NCBI GenBank assembly: GCA_022797295.1
Contig: JAAWKH010000007.1
Coordinates: 1,338 to 65,337 of the forward strand
From: Peptococcaceae bacterium
Lineage (GTDB): Bacteria > Bacillota > Dehalobacteriia > UBA4068 > UBA4997
Direction of reading: 5' to 3'
DNA: 64,000 bases
Shown here: one piece after another, positions 10,093 through 22,708 of the stretch
Numbering within the stretch: the stretch's first letter is position 1
Layout of the letters: each line of letters starts with the position of its first letter
Translations under genes and position numbers: made by a program
The notes under the pieces: generated by a model
What the model was told of the DNA's origin: nothing
The model's input: only the letters and a program-made list of their open reading frames with translations
Database searches by the model: none

Positions 10093-10134
10093 GTCATTAT
10101 TATAGCATAGCCGCTGTTGTTTGTCAAGCCGCAA

Positions 10135-11583
10135 TCAAGCCCGCTTTTCAAGCACATCCTCCTGTGGCTGCAAATTCAACACACGCCGCCGCCCAGCAAC
10201 ATCTCCTGCCAGGGCTGCGTTGGCATTGGCCAGCAGCAGCTTAATCCGGTTTTCCTGATTGGTGCGGGAAGCGCCGGGGTCGTAATCAATCGCCACAATG
10301 TTGGCTTCCGGGTGCCGCTCCTTAACCGCCCTAATCATCCCCTTGGCCACAATATGATTAGGTAAGCAGCCAAAAGGCTGCGCGGAAACGATGTTGTTCA
10401 CGCCGCTTTCCAAAAGGTCCAGCATTTCACCGGTCAGCAGCCAGCCCTCGCCCATCTTCACGCCCTGGCTAATGCAACCTTTGGCCGCCCGCTGCACCTT
10501 AGTAAAAGTGGCCGGCGGCATAAAAGTGCCATCCAGACGAATAACGTTACGCATCGCTTGCTGGCCCAGCACCAACAGCTTAAACAGCGGCTTGCGCAGG
10601 CAAGTCCCCAGGGTAACGTGGCTATAAAGCTTAGCGTCCACAAAGCTATTGTTCAGGGAATAAAGCAGAAAATCCAGCACCCCGGTCACCACCGGCTGCG
10701 CCCCCTGTTCAATCAGATAATTTTCCAGGTCATTGTTGCCCAGCGGCGCATATTTCATATAAATTTCGCCCACAATGCCAACCTTAGGCTTCTGCACTGG
10801 CCGCCGTTTAATCTGCTTAAAAGCGTTTAAGATTTTCAGATAATTCGGGCCCAGCAGCAGATAACGCCCTGTGGCAAAGGCCTGCTCCAGCTGGTTGGTG
10901 ATAATCTCCACCACCTTGTCAGTATGGCCGGGCACCTCCTCATATGGTTTGCATTGATTTTTCAGCCACAAAATCATATCCCCATAGTAGCAAGCAAACA
11001 GGCAGCGCAGTAAAACCCGCTTGCTCAGGCTGAAACCGCCGCCAGCCTGCAAAGCGTCCAGGCGCAAAGGGATTACTGGAATATGCGAAAGGCCGTTTTT
11101 CTCCATCGCCTTGCGCAGCAGATAGATGTAATTGCTGGCCCGGCAGCCGCCGCCAGTTTGGGTCAGCAGCAACGCCGTGCGCTCCAAATCGTATTTGCCG
11201 CTTTTCAGAGCGTCAAGCAGTTGGCCAATCACCAGCAAGGCCGGATAACATGTGTCATTATGTACGTTTTGCAGACCTCGCTCCGTCACGCTGTAGCCGG
11301 AATTTTCCAAAAACTCCACATTGTAGCCCTGCCGCCGCAAAATGCCGCCAATCAGCTTAAAATGCACCGGCAGCATTTGCGGCACCAAAATGGTGTAGTC
11401 CCGCTTCATATCCGCCGTGAACTCCCGCAGAGGCATTTCATGCTCCCGCAAGGGCATTTCCATCTCCTCACGCTCCGCCTGATTGAACAGCCACTCCCAA
11501 AGATTGTTGAACGGCTCAATCAGGCGGTTCAAATGTGCTTGTAGATTTTGCTCATTTTCTGATTTTTTGCTTTTCTCCGACAT
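10135..11583 (-). CDS. DUF2229 / 2-hydroxyacyl-CoA dehydratase-related protein, the partner of the upstream double activase.
   Basis: 482 aa with an AGGAGG RBS, immediately downstream of the 981-aa BadF/BadG/BcrA/BcrD-type ATPase. In many Clostridia these two parts are fused into one ~1400 aa 'acyl-CoA dehydratase activase-related' protein. Confidence 0.6.
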   Translation of the reverse strand: MSEKSKKSENEQNLQAHLNRLIEPFNNLWEWLFNQAEREEMEMPLREHEMPLREFTADMKRDYTILVPQMLPVHFKLIGGILRRQGYNVEFLENSGYSVTERGLQNVHNDTCYPALLVIGQLLDALKSGKYDLERTALLLTQTGGGCRASNYIYLLRKAMEKNGLSHIPVIPLRLDALQAGGGFSLSKRVLLRCLFACYYGDMILWLKNQCKPYEEVPGHTDKVVEIITNQLEQAFATGRYLLLGPNYLKILNAFKQIKRRPVQKPKVGIVGEIYMKYAPLGNNDLENYLIEQGAQPVVTGVLDFLLYSLNNSFVDAKLYSHVTLGTCLRKPLFKLLVLGQQAMRNVIRLDGTFMPPATFTKVQRAAKGCISQGVKMGEGWLLTGEMLDLLESGVNNIVSAQPFGCLPNHIVAKGMIRAVKERHPEANIVAIDYDPGASRTNQENRIKLLLANANAALAGDVAGRRRVLNLQPQEDVLEKRA

Positions 11584-11594
11584 CTTTGTCCCTC

Positions 11595-14540
11595 CTATTT
11601 TTCCATTGCCGCCAGCAGGCTGCGCGCCCGGATTTTAACCGCGGCCAGATTATTAATTTCGTCAATTTTCAGCTGGGTATAAATCTTGCCATTGCGTTCC
11701 AAAATATCTTTCAGCTCATCGCTGGTGATTGCGTCCAATCCGCAACCAAAGCTCACCAGCTGCACAAGCTGCATATTATCGTGCCGGCACACGTAACGCG
11801 CCGCATTATACATTCGAGTGTGATAAGTCCACTGGTTCAGCACATTCACTTTCTGGCTGTAAACCAAATCGGTCAAAACCCTTTCCGCCAGCACCACAAA
11901 ACCCAGCGAATTGAAAAGCTTGTCAATACTGTGATTAATCTCCCGATCCACGTGGTAAGGCCGCCCAGCCAAAACCACCACCTTCCAGCCCTGCTCCTTC
12001 GCCTGGTGCAAAGCCCGAATCCCATAATCCTCCACATCCGCCCACCATTGGCGATATGCCGTCCAGGCTTTGTTGGCCGCCACAATACACTGGGCCAGCG
12101 AAAGATTAAGCTCCGGGAAAAGTTCGTGAAAATGCCCGCCCAAAACCGTGCGATCATTCAGGCTCAAATAGGGAAAGCGGAAATCCACCTCTTTCAGCAC
12201 CGGCACATTGGCATGCAACAGCTCTGGATAATAGGCCACCACCGGGCAGTTGTAATTCTTATCGCCGCGGCCCTCGTCGATATTGTAGCTGGAGCAGGGA
12301 TAAAAAATCCTGTCCACACCTCTTTCCAGCAACGCCTCAATATGCCCGTGCGCCAGCTTGGCCGGATAACACACCGTATCAGATGGAATAGTCAGCTGCC
12401 CCTTGGCGTAAAGCTGCCGTGAGGACTCGCCGGAAACAATCACATTACAACCCAACTGCCGGAAAAATTCATACCAAAACGGCAGGTTCTCATACATATT
12501 CAGCACCAGCGGAATGCCAAAAGTTGGCCGCTCCGGCTGAGCCGCGGCCTCCGCCTCGCTTTGCGCCATCAGCGCCTTGAGCTTTTCATTAATATATTCA
12601 TAAACATTCGGCCGATCCAACGGTTTGCCGCCTTGGCCACGTTCGCACTTGTTCCCGCTGATAAAACGCCGCCCATTTGGAAAAATATTCACCGTCAGCG
12701 AACAATGATTAGCGCAGCCTTGGCAAGTGGCCGGCCGTGGCTGGTGCCGAAACTCCGCCAACTCAGCCGCCGGCATAATGCTGGATTCCAGCAGCCCCAA
12801 CGTTTGGTGGCGCTGCTGGGCATAGAGAGCCGCGCCAAAGGCTCCCATCAGCCCGGAAATATTCGGCCGCACCACATCGTAGCCCAATTCACGCTCAAAA
12901 GCTCGCAACACTGCGTCATTCAAAAAGGTACCGCCCTGCACCACAATTCGCCGGCCCAGCTCTTGCGCGCTGTGCACGCGCAAAACCTTGTAAATCGCAT
13001 TTTTCACCACGCTAATAGCCAAACCGGCGCTGACGTCGCCAACCTCAGCGCCATCGCGCTGGGCCTGCTTCACGGAGGAATTCATAAACACCGTGCAGCG
13101 AGAACCCAAATCCACCGGCCGCTTAGCAAACAAAGCCAGCTTGGCAAATTCGGCCGCCGAATAGCCCAAGGCCTCCGCAAAAGCTTGGATGAACGAACCG
13201 CAGCCGGAGCTGCAAGCCTCATTCAGCGCAATGTTGTCAATCGTGCCGTTGCGGATAGTAAAGCATTTCATATCCTGCCCGCCGATGTCGATAATGTAAT
13301 CCACCTGCGGTTCAAAATAATGCGCCGCCGTAAAGTGGGCCACGGTTTCCACCAGCCCATAATCAATATTAAAAGCGTTTTTGATTAGCTCCTCGCCGTA
13401 ACCCGTCACCGCAGCCGCTCGCAGGCTGATATTTTCGCCCAGAATTTCATAAATATGCAACAGTTGCTGCTGAATAATCGGCAAGGGATTGCCCTTGTTG
13501 CTAGCATAATAGGTGTAAAGCAGATTGCCATTTTCGCTGATTAAAGCCAGCTTGCTGGTTGTGCTGCCCACATCGATACCCAAATAGGCCCCGCCTTGAT
13601 AGGTCTGCAAATCTGCCTGCGGCACGCTGTCGCGCTGATGGCGATCCTGAAACTGGGCATATTCCGCCTCATCCGCAAACAGAGGGGGCAAAAAACGGCT
13701 TTTCCCCTGTACCGATTTCCGCGCCAGCAACAGCTTTTGCCGCAACTGGTCGTAGCTGTAAGCTTCCGGCTGACCATCCGCATAAACCGCCGCGCCCAAG
13801 GCCACAAAATATGTGCCCAGCTCCGGGAAAACGGCATTTTCCGGCTCCAGATGCAAAGTTTCAATAAAACGCTGGCGCAGGCCCAGGTTAAAAGAAAGCG
13901 GGCCACCCAAAAACAGCACTTTGCCTTCAATACGCCGGCCCTGCGCCAAACCGGTCACAGTCTGCTCGGCCACCGCCTGATAAATGCTGGCTGCAATATC
14001 TTCCTTTGCCGCGCCCTGATTAATCAACGGTTGAATATCCGTTTTGGCAAAAACGCCGCAACGTGAAGCAATCGGGTAAATCTTCTTGTGGCGCAGGCTC
14101 AGCTCGTCTAGCTCCTCCACGCTGACGTTCAGCAGCATTGCCATCTGGTCGATAAAAGCGCCCGTGCCGCCGGCGCAGGTGCCATTCATTCGCTCCTCCA
14201 CGCCGCCGGTCAGAAACAGGATTTTCGCGTCTTCACCGCCCAGCTCAATCACCACATCCGTTTCCGGCTCCAACTCGGCCACCGCGCCGGAAAGGGCGTA
14301 AACCTCCTGCACAAATGGTATGCCGCCAGATTCCGCCAAGGACATCCCCGCCGAACCGCTGATAGCTACCTTAACCTGTCGGTTTTTCAACAGCAGCGGT
14401 AAGCTGCCAATAATTTCATCCAATTTTTCGGCAATCCTGGACCCATGCCGCTGATAAGTAGAATACAAAAGGCCGCCGGCATCGTCAATCAGCACCACCT
14501 TAATCGTGGTGGAGCCAATATCAATACCCAGTCTGTACAT
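11595..14540 (-). CDS. CoA-substrate-specific enzyme activase-like protein with two tandem BadF/BadG/BcrA/BcrD (HgdC-like) ATPase domains and a Cys-rich C-terminal region.
   Basis: Two acetate/sugar-kinase-fold phosphate-1 motifs (MYRLGIDIGSTTIKVVLIDD and YLGIDVGSTTSKLALISENG) and a Cys cluster (CQGCANHC...NKCERG). 981 aa with a good RBS. Confidence 0.7.
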   Translation of the reverse strand: MYRLGIDIGSTTIKVVLIDDAGGLLYSTYQRHGSRIAEKLDEIIGSLPLLLKNRQVKVAISGSAGMSLAESGGIPFVQEVYALSGAVAELEPETDVVIELGGEDAKILFLTGGVEERMNGTCAGGTGAFIDQMAMLLNVSVEELDELSLRHKKIYPIASRCGVFAKTDIQPLINQGAAKEDIAASIYQAVAEQTVTGLAQGRRIEGKVLFLGGPLSFNLGLRQRFIETLHLEPENAVFPELGTYFVALGAAVYADGQPEAYSYDQLRQKLLLARKSVQGKSRFLPPLFADEAEYAQFQDRHQRDSVPQADLQTYQGGAYLGIDVGSTTSKLALISENGNLLYTYYASNKGNPLPIIQQQLLHIYEILGENISLRAAAVTGYGEELIKNAFNIDYGLVETVAHFTAAHYFEPQVDYIIDIGGQDMKCFTIRNGTIDNIALNEACSSGCGSFIQAFAEALGYSAAEFAKLALFAKRPVDLGSRCTVFMNSSVKQAQRDGAEVGDVSAGLAISVVKNAIYKVLRVHSAQELGRRIVVQGGTFLNDAVLRAFERELGYDVVRPNISGLMGAFGAALYAQQRHQTLGLLESSIMPAAELAEFRHQPRPATCQGCANHCSLTVNIFPNGRRFISGNKCERGQGGKPLDRPNVYEYINEKLKALMAQSEAEAAAQPERPTFGIPLVLNMYENLPFWYEFFRQLGCNVIVSGESSRQLYAKGQLTIPSDTVCYPAKLAHGHIEALLERGVDRIFYPCSSYNIDEGRGDKNYNCPVVAYYPELLHANVPVLKEVDFRFPYLSLNDRTVLGGHFHELFPELNLSLAQCIVAANKAWTAYRQWWADVEDYGIRALHQAKEQGWKVVVLAGRPYHVDREINHSIDKLFNSLGFVVLAERVLTDLVYSQKVNVLNQWTYHTRMYNAARYVCRHDNMQLVQLVSFGCGLDAITSDELKDILERNGKIYTQLKIDEINNLAAVKIRARSLLAAMEK

Positions 14541-14723
14541 ACCAACACTCCTTTTGACTTTTTAACCTATTTGGTCTTTATGCGTCGCTTTTCTACCTAT
14601 TATAATAGATTTTTTTGAAAAAGTCCAGTGTTATTTTTTTACTTGTAAATTTTTCTTAACAGTAGTATAATATTTATATGTTACACTACTATGTAGAAAT
14701 ATTATAGCAAAGGAGTCAGCATT

Positions 14724-15101
14724 ATGCCGCCTTATGTAAATCTTATTCTTAATATCGCCATTTATGTGGTGGTTATCATCGCCATTGTGGCCATTGTGGT
14801 TAGCAAACTGCGTGAGAAGCCTATGGAGTGGCCGGATTTAGCTCAATATGGCCAACCGCGCGAGCTTTGGCTGGAGGGCATGGAGGATTTGGACGTTTTC
14901 CCGCAGTATGGTTATCATCGTTATCGCGATGTTTACCTGAATATGCGCCGCATTCCGGTAATCGTTCTGGAACCCCAAACCATCAACGACCAGCTTTCCT
15001 ACCACTTTATTGAGGTGAAAACCGGCGCAGAGGGGTATGACCTGCCCCAGTTCGTGATGTTGCTGGGCACGGAGACCCCAGCTAAAATTGTTAGCTTTTA
15101 A
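14724..15101 (+). CDS. Hypothetical membrane-anchored protein (125 aa, N-terminal TM helix).
   Basis: AAAGGAG RBS and N-terminus LILNIAIYVVVIIAIVAIVV. No recognisable family. Confidence 0.5.
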   Translation: MPPYVNLILNIAIYVVVIIAIVAIVVSKLREKPMEWPDLAQYGQPRELWLEGMEDLDVFPQYGYHRYRDVYLNMRRIPVIVLEPQTINDQLSYHFIEVKTGAEGYDLPQFVMLLGTETPAKIVSF

Positions 15102-15133
15102 TTCAAAATAGCAAAGGAGGTATATTTACTACT

Positions 15134-15460
15134 ATGAAAAAGTTTGACCCCAATTATCAAATGCTTGCTGAAATGTATCAGGACGACTATTATCCTGACT
15201 TTTTGGTAGATAAAATTTCGGCCCTGCTTCGCAAGGTAATTGCGCTGCTGGAAAACGACGAAACCGATTTGAAAGTTATTCAATCTGCACTTGATGAAGC
15301 CGTTGAGGGTATTAACGATTTACAAGCAGAATTTGATGAAAACGACAGCGAAATTGAAACCGTGGCCCGGGACACTATCGGTGAAACAGTCGCCTACATT
15401 CTTGAATGGTTCGACATTAATATTGACATTGAGGACGCTATCGGTGCGCGAGATTGGTAA
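15134..15460 (+). CDS. Hypothetical acidic cytoplasmic protein (108 aa).
   Basis: AAAGGAGG RBS and a clean ORF. No recognisable family. Confidence 0.5.
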   Translation: MKKFDPNYQMLAEMYQDDYYPDFLVDKISALLRKVIALLENDETDLKVIQSALDEAVEGINDLQAEFDENDSEIETVARDTIGETVAYILEWFDINIDIEDAIGARDW

Positions 15461-15498
15461 AAAACACTGCAAAAGTAGTGTTACCTATTTCCTACTAA

Positions 15499-15535
15499 AT
15501 AAAAAAACCACCCGTTAAACAGGTGGTTTTTTTAT
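15499..15535. terminator. Bidirectional intrinsic terminator between the 15134-15460 gene (+) and atpC (-).
   Basis: AAAAAAACCACCCGTTAAACAGGTGGTTTTTTTATT is a hairpin flanked by an A-run and a T-run. Confidence 0.8.
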
Positions 15536-15540
15536 TTACT

Positions 15541-15954
15541 TTATCTAAGCCCGCTGGCCTTGATTCGGTTAATTGCCCGATGCAATGATAGCTCAGCCCG
15601 CAGCATATCCAAATCCTTTTCCTCACTGCGATGATGCAGCCGATCCTCTGCACGAGCTTTGGCAGCCTGAGCCCGAGCCACGTTGATTTCCTCAGCCCGC
15701 TCAGCGGCCTCGGCCAGCACAATAACTGTGTTGTCCTTAACCTCAGCAAAGCCGCCGCTCACCGTCAGATAATGATCCTTATCAGCTTGATTGTATTTCA
15801 CAATGCCAATGTCCAGCGTTGTCATCAAAGGGGCGTGGTTTTTCAAAACGCCCATTGAGCCCAGCGTGGCCGGCAGGTTCACCGTTGCCACATTCTCTGA
15901 CATCAGCAAACCGGCAGGTGTAACAATATCCAAACGGATTACATCTTCAGCCAT
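15541..15954 (-). CDS. atpC: F0F1 ATP synthase subunit epsilon.
   Basis: 137 aa, last gene of the atp operon, with epsilon-like sequence (MAEDVIRLDIVTPAG...). Confidence 0.9.
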   Translation of the reverse strand: MAEDVIRLDIVTPAGLLMSENVATVNLPATLGSMGVLKNHAPLMTTLDIGIVKYNQADKDHYLTVSGGFAEVKDNTVIVLAEAAERAEEINVARAQAAKARAEDRLHHRSEEKDLDMLRAELSLHRAINRIKASGLR

Positions 15955-15957
15955 AGC

Positions 15958-17358
<1,401 letters not shown>

Positions 17359-17403
17359 TCAACCTCCTTAAAAGCAGGGTTCTTTTTTGTTATGATGCCC
17401 AGG

Positions 17404-18285
17404 CTATTCCAGCGCTGCGGCACCGCCGACAATCTCAGTAATTTCCGTCGTAATCTGAGCCTGACGCGCCCGGTTCAGGGACAAGGTCAGTTTATCGATC
17501 AATTCGGAGGCGTTGTCGGTCGCCGAATCCATCGCCGTCATCCGAGCGCCATGCTCGCCGGCTTTGGCTTCCAAAAGCAGACGGTAAATAGAAGAATCCA
17601 CATATTTTGGCAGAATAACGTCCAAAATCTCCTTGCCGCCCGGCTCAAATATATAATCAGTTTCAGCCTGCACTCCACCCTCATCCGCGGCTTCGTCCTG
17701 CTTGGCCGGAATGGGCAGCACCTGCTGGCAATCCGGCACCTGCGTCAACACCGAGATAAATTTGGAATACACCACATGAACCTCGTCAACCTCACCATCA
17801 AGGTACTTTTTGATTACATAATCACTCAGGGCCTTACCTTGGCTGACATTGGGCGTATCGCCAATATTGGTGAACACGTCCATCACACTGTAGCGCGGTC
17901 TGGTGCGGAAATGTTCCGCTGTTTTGTTACCAATCAACAGCATTTCGCCCTGCTTACCTTCCGGCACAGAGTTCAGCTGATTTTCCGCAAACCGCAACAG
18001 GTTGATATTGTAGCCGCCGCACAACCCGCGGTCGCCGGCCACCACAATATACAAAATATTTTTCACCTCATCACGAGGCTGCAAAAACGGACTATTATAA
18101 TCATCGCCGCCGCCAAGCAGGTGGTTCATAACCTCCTGAATCTTGTCTGAATAAGGGCGCACCGCCACCAGAGTGGACTGCGTTTTGCGCAGCTTGGCTG
18201 CCGAAACCATTTTCATGGCCTTGGTAATCTTCTGGGTGCTAACAACGCTCTTAATGCGGCGTCTGATATCTCGCATATTAGCCAA
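17404..18285 (-). CDS. atpG: F0F1 ATP synthase subunit gamma.
   Basis: 293 aa with the gamma N-terminus MANMRDIRRRIKSV and the C-terminal ITTEITEIVGGAAAL. Confidence 0.9.
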   Translation of the reverse strand: MANMRDIRRRIKSVVSTQKITKAMKMVSAAKLRKTQSTLVAVRPYSDKIQEVMNHLLGGGDDYNSPFLQPRDEVKNILYIVVAGDRGLCGGYNINLLRFAENQLNSVPEGKQGEMLLIGNKTAEHFRTRPRYSVMDVFTNIGDTPNVSQGKALSDYVIKKYLDGEVDEVHVVYSKFISVLTQVPDCQQVLPIPAKQDEAADEGGVQAETDYIFEPGGKEILDVILPKYVDSSIYRLLLEAKAGEHGARMTAMDSATDNASELIDKLTLSLNRARQAQITTEITEIVGGAAALE

Positions 18286-18338
18286 AGCAATCTCACCACC
18301 TTTACGCTGTAATCGAAATCAAATAATGAGGCTTCCCT

Positions 18339-19850
<1,512 letters not shown>

Positions 19851-19930
19851 TCACCCCTCTAAGTTCTAAAGTTCCTGTATAACAGTCTGTTGGCTTGCCA
19901 ACAGTTTTTTAACTTGCCTTACGCCTCAGC

Positions 19931-20470
19931 CTATTCCAACGTCAGCGATTCCTTTAAGGAACGCAGCTGTTGGCTAAGGCTTGCGTCGTACACAGTGTCG
20001 TCAATTTGCACCTTCAGGCCGCCGATAAGTTGCTTATCCAGCAGCGTTTTCAGGCGAATTTTGGCGTTCAGCTTGTCAGCCAGGGCCTTTTCCAAAGCCT
20101 GCTGCTCCTGCTCAGCCAACGGCACCGCCGTGTGCACCACAACCTGACGCACACCGGCAGCCTCGTCGCAAAGCTCCTCATAAGCTGCGGCAAATTCCGG
20201 CAAACTAGCTTCCCGGCCTTTGTCCAAAATTACAAAAATGAAGTTTTTCACCTCAACCGGCGTATCCTCTGCCAAAATCTTTTCAATCAACTGTTTTTTG
20301 GCGGAAGTGGACATCAGCTTGCCGTAAATCATCTGGGCCAATTCCTCATTTTGCTGCAACAAAGCCACAAAATCGTGCAAATTGCGGCCAAAGGCGGCCT
20401 CTTGCTGTTTGGCCTGGGCCAATTCCAGCAAAGCCTTGGCATAGCGTTTTGTCAAACCGGCCTTAATCAT
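19931..20470 (-). CDS. atpH: F0F1 ATP synthase subunit delta (OSCP).
   Basis: About 180 aa from the internal Met MIKAGLTKRYAKAL. Its position between atpF and atpA fits the operon order. Confidence 0.8.
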   Translation of the reverse strand: MIKAGLTKRYAKALLELAQAKQQEAAFGRNLHDFVALLQQNEELAQMIYGKLMSTSAKKQLIEKILAEDTPVEVKNFIFVILDKGREASLPEFAAAYEELCDEAAGVRQVVVHTAVPLAEQEQQALEKALADKLNAKIRLKTLLDKQLIGGLKVQIDDTVYDASLSQQLRSLKESLTLE

Positions 20471-20951
20471 TTTTTGCCGCCACCTCTGCAATATATTTAT
20501 CCACCAAAGCCATATGCTGTTTGTCGGTCATATCCTCAGCCAACAAACGGCCAGCCACGGAAACCACCATATCAGCCACTTCGCCTTTAATAGCCAAAAT
20601 GGCGTCGGCCTTTTCCTTGGCAATCTCAGCTTCAGCACGAGCCAAAATGCTATCCGCGGAAGTTCTGGCCTGGGCCAAAATATCTTCCTTGGTTTCCTCC
20701 GCCGTTTTTTGGGCGTCGTCAATAATAGCCTTGGCTTGGCGTCTGGCGTCGGCAATTTCCTCCGCCAGTTTAGCGCTCATCTGTTCTGCCTCACGGCGCG
20801 CCGCGTCAGCCTTGTTCAGGCTGTCGTCAATGGTTTGCTGCCGGGAGTCGATCATGCGGATAACAGGCCCCCACATGAATTTATATAAAATAGCCACGAG
20901 AACTAAAAAGTTCACCATGACAAATATTAAAGTCTGAACATCAATCTCCAT
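20463..20951 (-). CDS. atpF: F0F1 ATP synthase subunit b.
   Basis: About 163 aa from the Met MEIDVQTLIFV, with an N-terminal TM helix and a long charged coiled coil. Confidence 0.8.
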   Translation of the reverse strand: MEIDVQTLIFVMVNFLVLVAILYKFMWGPVIRMIDSRQQTIDDSLNKADAARREAEQMSAKLAEEIADARRQAKAIIDDAQKTAEETKEDILAQARTSADSILARAEAEIAKEKADAILAIKGEVADMVVSVAGRLLAEDMTDKQHMALVDKYIAEVAAKND

Positions 20952-21053
20952 TAGGCGATTGCCCTCCTCTCGGTCTTGGTTACGATTGGCTCCCCACCCC
21001 CAGCGCCCCAAAGGGGAGCGCCAGGGAGAAAGCCAAACATCTGTGGCCGCTTA

Positions 21054-21311
21054 TTAGCCGATATTGCCTACGATCATAAAAGCAATCAGCAGACCATAAA
21101 TGGTCAAAGCTTCCAACAAAGCCATAGCCAAAATCATAGCTGTACGAATGTCGCCGGCAGCCTCAGGCTGACGAGCAATACTCTCCATAGCAGCAGCGCC
21201 CACTTTGCCCTGGCCCAAAGCCGGGAAAATAGTAGAGATAGCGATAGCCAGAGCGGCTGCCAATGCAATAATTGCACTTTCCATATCCATATTCCTCCTT
21301 TCCAAATCCAA
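21054..21311 (-). CDS. atpE: F0F1 ATP synthase subunit c.
   Basis: 85 aa hairpin proteolipid (GQGKVGAAAMESIARQPEAAG...). Confidence 0.9.
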   Translation of the reverse strand: MDLERRNMDMESAIIALAAALAIAISTIFPALGQGKVGAAAMESIARQPEAAGDIRTAMILAMALLEALTIYGLLIAFMIVGNIG

Positions 21312-21389
21312 ACACGCGGACTTTAAAACTTTATACCATAATAATTAAACGAGAAAACACATTAAATTCGGGCTAAACTCAAAACCATC

Positions 21390-22061
21390 TTAATGCCCTG
21401 CGCTGGTGGCCGTGTCGATATAAATGGCCGAAAGCATGGTGAACACCAGGGCCTGAATAAAGCCAAACAACAGGGACAAACCCATAATAACGATTGGCGC
21501 CCCCAAGGGAATCAAACCGCTCACTTGATGCAAAACGGTTTCTTCACCGTAAATATTGCCAAATAGACGCAAAGAAAGAGATAACGGGTGAGTGACCTCT
21601 TCCAGCAGCATCAAAGGCAGCAGCGGCGCCACTGGCTTCACAAAATGCCCTAAATAATGCACGCCATGATATTTGAAACCGCCGTACTGGGTGGCTAAGA
21701 AAGTAACCAGCGCCAGCCCCACAGTGCAGCTAAGCGTGCCCGTGGGCGGCTGAAAGCCTGGCAGCTCTCCGGCAAGCGGCAGCAAGCCGCTGTAGTTTGA
21801 TATGATAATATACAAAAACAGAGTCCCCAGCACCGGCAAAAAAGCCGTTGCCTTTTCCTTGCCAATAATACTGCCATAAAAATCACGCAAGCCGCCAACC
21901 ACATATTCCAAAGCGCTTTGCAAACGCCCCGGCTGGCGTTCCTTCAAATTGCGTGTGCCGGCAATCGCCACCACGCTTACCACTGCCGTAATCGCCAATG
22001 AAGTGGTCATCACGCTGTTCACGTGAAATGCGCCGATTTCAAACAAAGTAGCGTTAGACAT
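21390..22061 (-). CDS. atpB: F0F1 ATP synthase subunit a.
   Basis: 223 aa polytopic membrane protein with a subunit-a-like C-terminus (LSLRLFGNIYGEE). Confidence 0.85.
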   Translation of the reverse strand: MSNATLFEIGAFHVNSVMTTSLAITAVVSVVAIAGTRNLKERQPGRLQSALEYVVGGLRDFYGSIIGKEKATAFLPVLGTLFLYIIISNYSGLLPLAGELPGFQPPTGTLSCTVGLALVTFLATQYGGFKYHGVHYLGHFVKPVAPLLPLMLLEEVTHPLSLSLRLFGNIYGEETVLHQVSGLIPLGAPIVIMGLSLLFGFIQALVFTMLSAIYIDTATSAGH

Positions 22062-22143
22062 ATTTACCTGCCTCCTTTCTTTGCAAACTTAATGTAAAAT
22101 ATTTAAAATTTTTTACACTCCTATTAAAAGAACCAAAAAAAAC

Positions 22144-22497
22144 CTATTTCCGAATCAGCCGCTTGTTCAGGCCTGTGCAGGCCAACAGCAACTGAAAAAA
22201 TACCGTTAACATTATGCCAACGCCCAGCAGGGTGAAATCCCAACGGAAAGGCAACCAGCCGCGGGCCAAAAACAAAGCCAGCAGCAAAAGCACATCCAAA
22301 ATATACTTGCTGACGTGAAATTTCAAAACAGCATTCAAGGCTTGGCGGTTCACAGCTTGTCCGTCCTCGCCAGCCTGCAAAGCGGCCGCCATCTTGGCAT
22401 CGCTCCTTTTCACAACTTGAAGAAGTAACGCCAGCGCCACTAAAACCCAAACTCCGCCAATCGCGGCGCCCATTAGCAGCGCATAAAAAATTTCCAT
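22144..22497 (-). CDS. atpI: ATP synthase protein I / AtpZ-like small membrane protein.
   Basis: 117 aa, two hydrophobic segments, immediately upstream of atpB at the head of the operon. Confidence 0.55.
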   Translation of the reverse strand: MEIFYALLMGAAIGGVWVLVALALLLQVVKRSDAKMAAALQAGEDGQAVNRQALNAVLKFHVSKYILDVLLLLALFLARGWLPFRWDFTLLGVGIMLTVFFQLLLACTGLNKRLIRK

Positions 22498-22708
22498 AAA
22501 ATCCCGGCCTCCTGTCGCAGCTTTTCACCAAAGCCGCTTTTCCATTTACTATTATACAAAAGACAATGCAAAAAGGCAATAGCAAAATACTATTTTAAGC
22601 AATTTTTTTGCAGAAAAAAATTTTACATTAAAAAATAATTGCAAATATCAACAAAAACCGCCGCCCAAAACCTGCGTTTAGCAGGCATTTAGCGACGGTT
22701 TAGCTTAT

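Noticed and set aside
11535-13388. Two ORFs (295 and 275 aa) on the plus strand within the activase gene.
   Set aside because: They are antisense to the 981-aa double-ATPase gene, with no motifs and no RBS.
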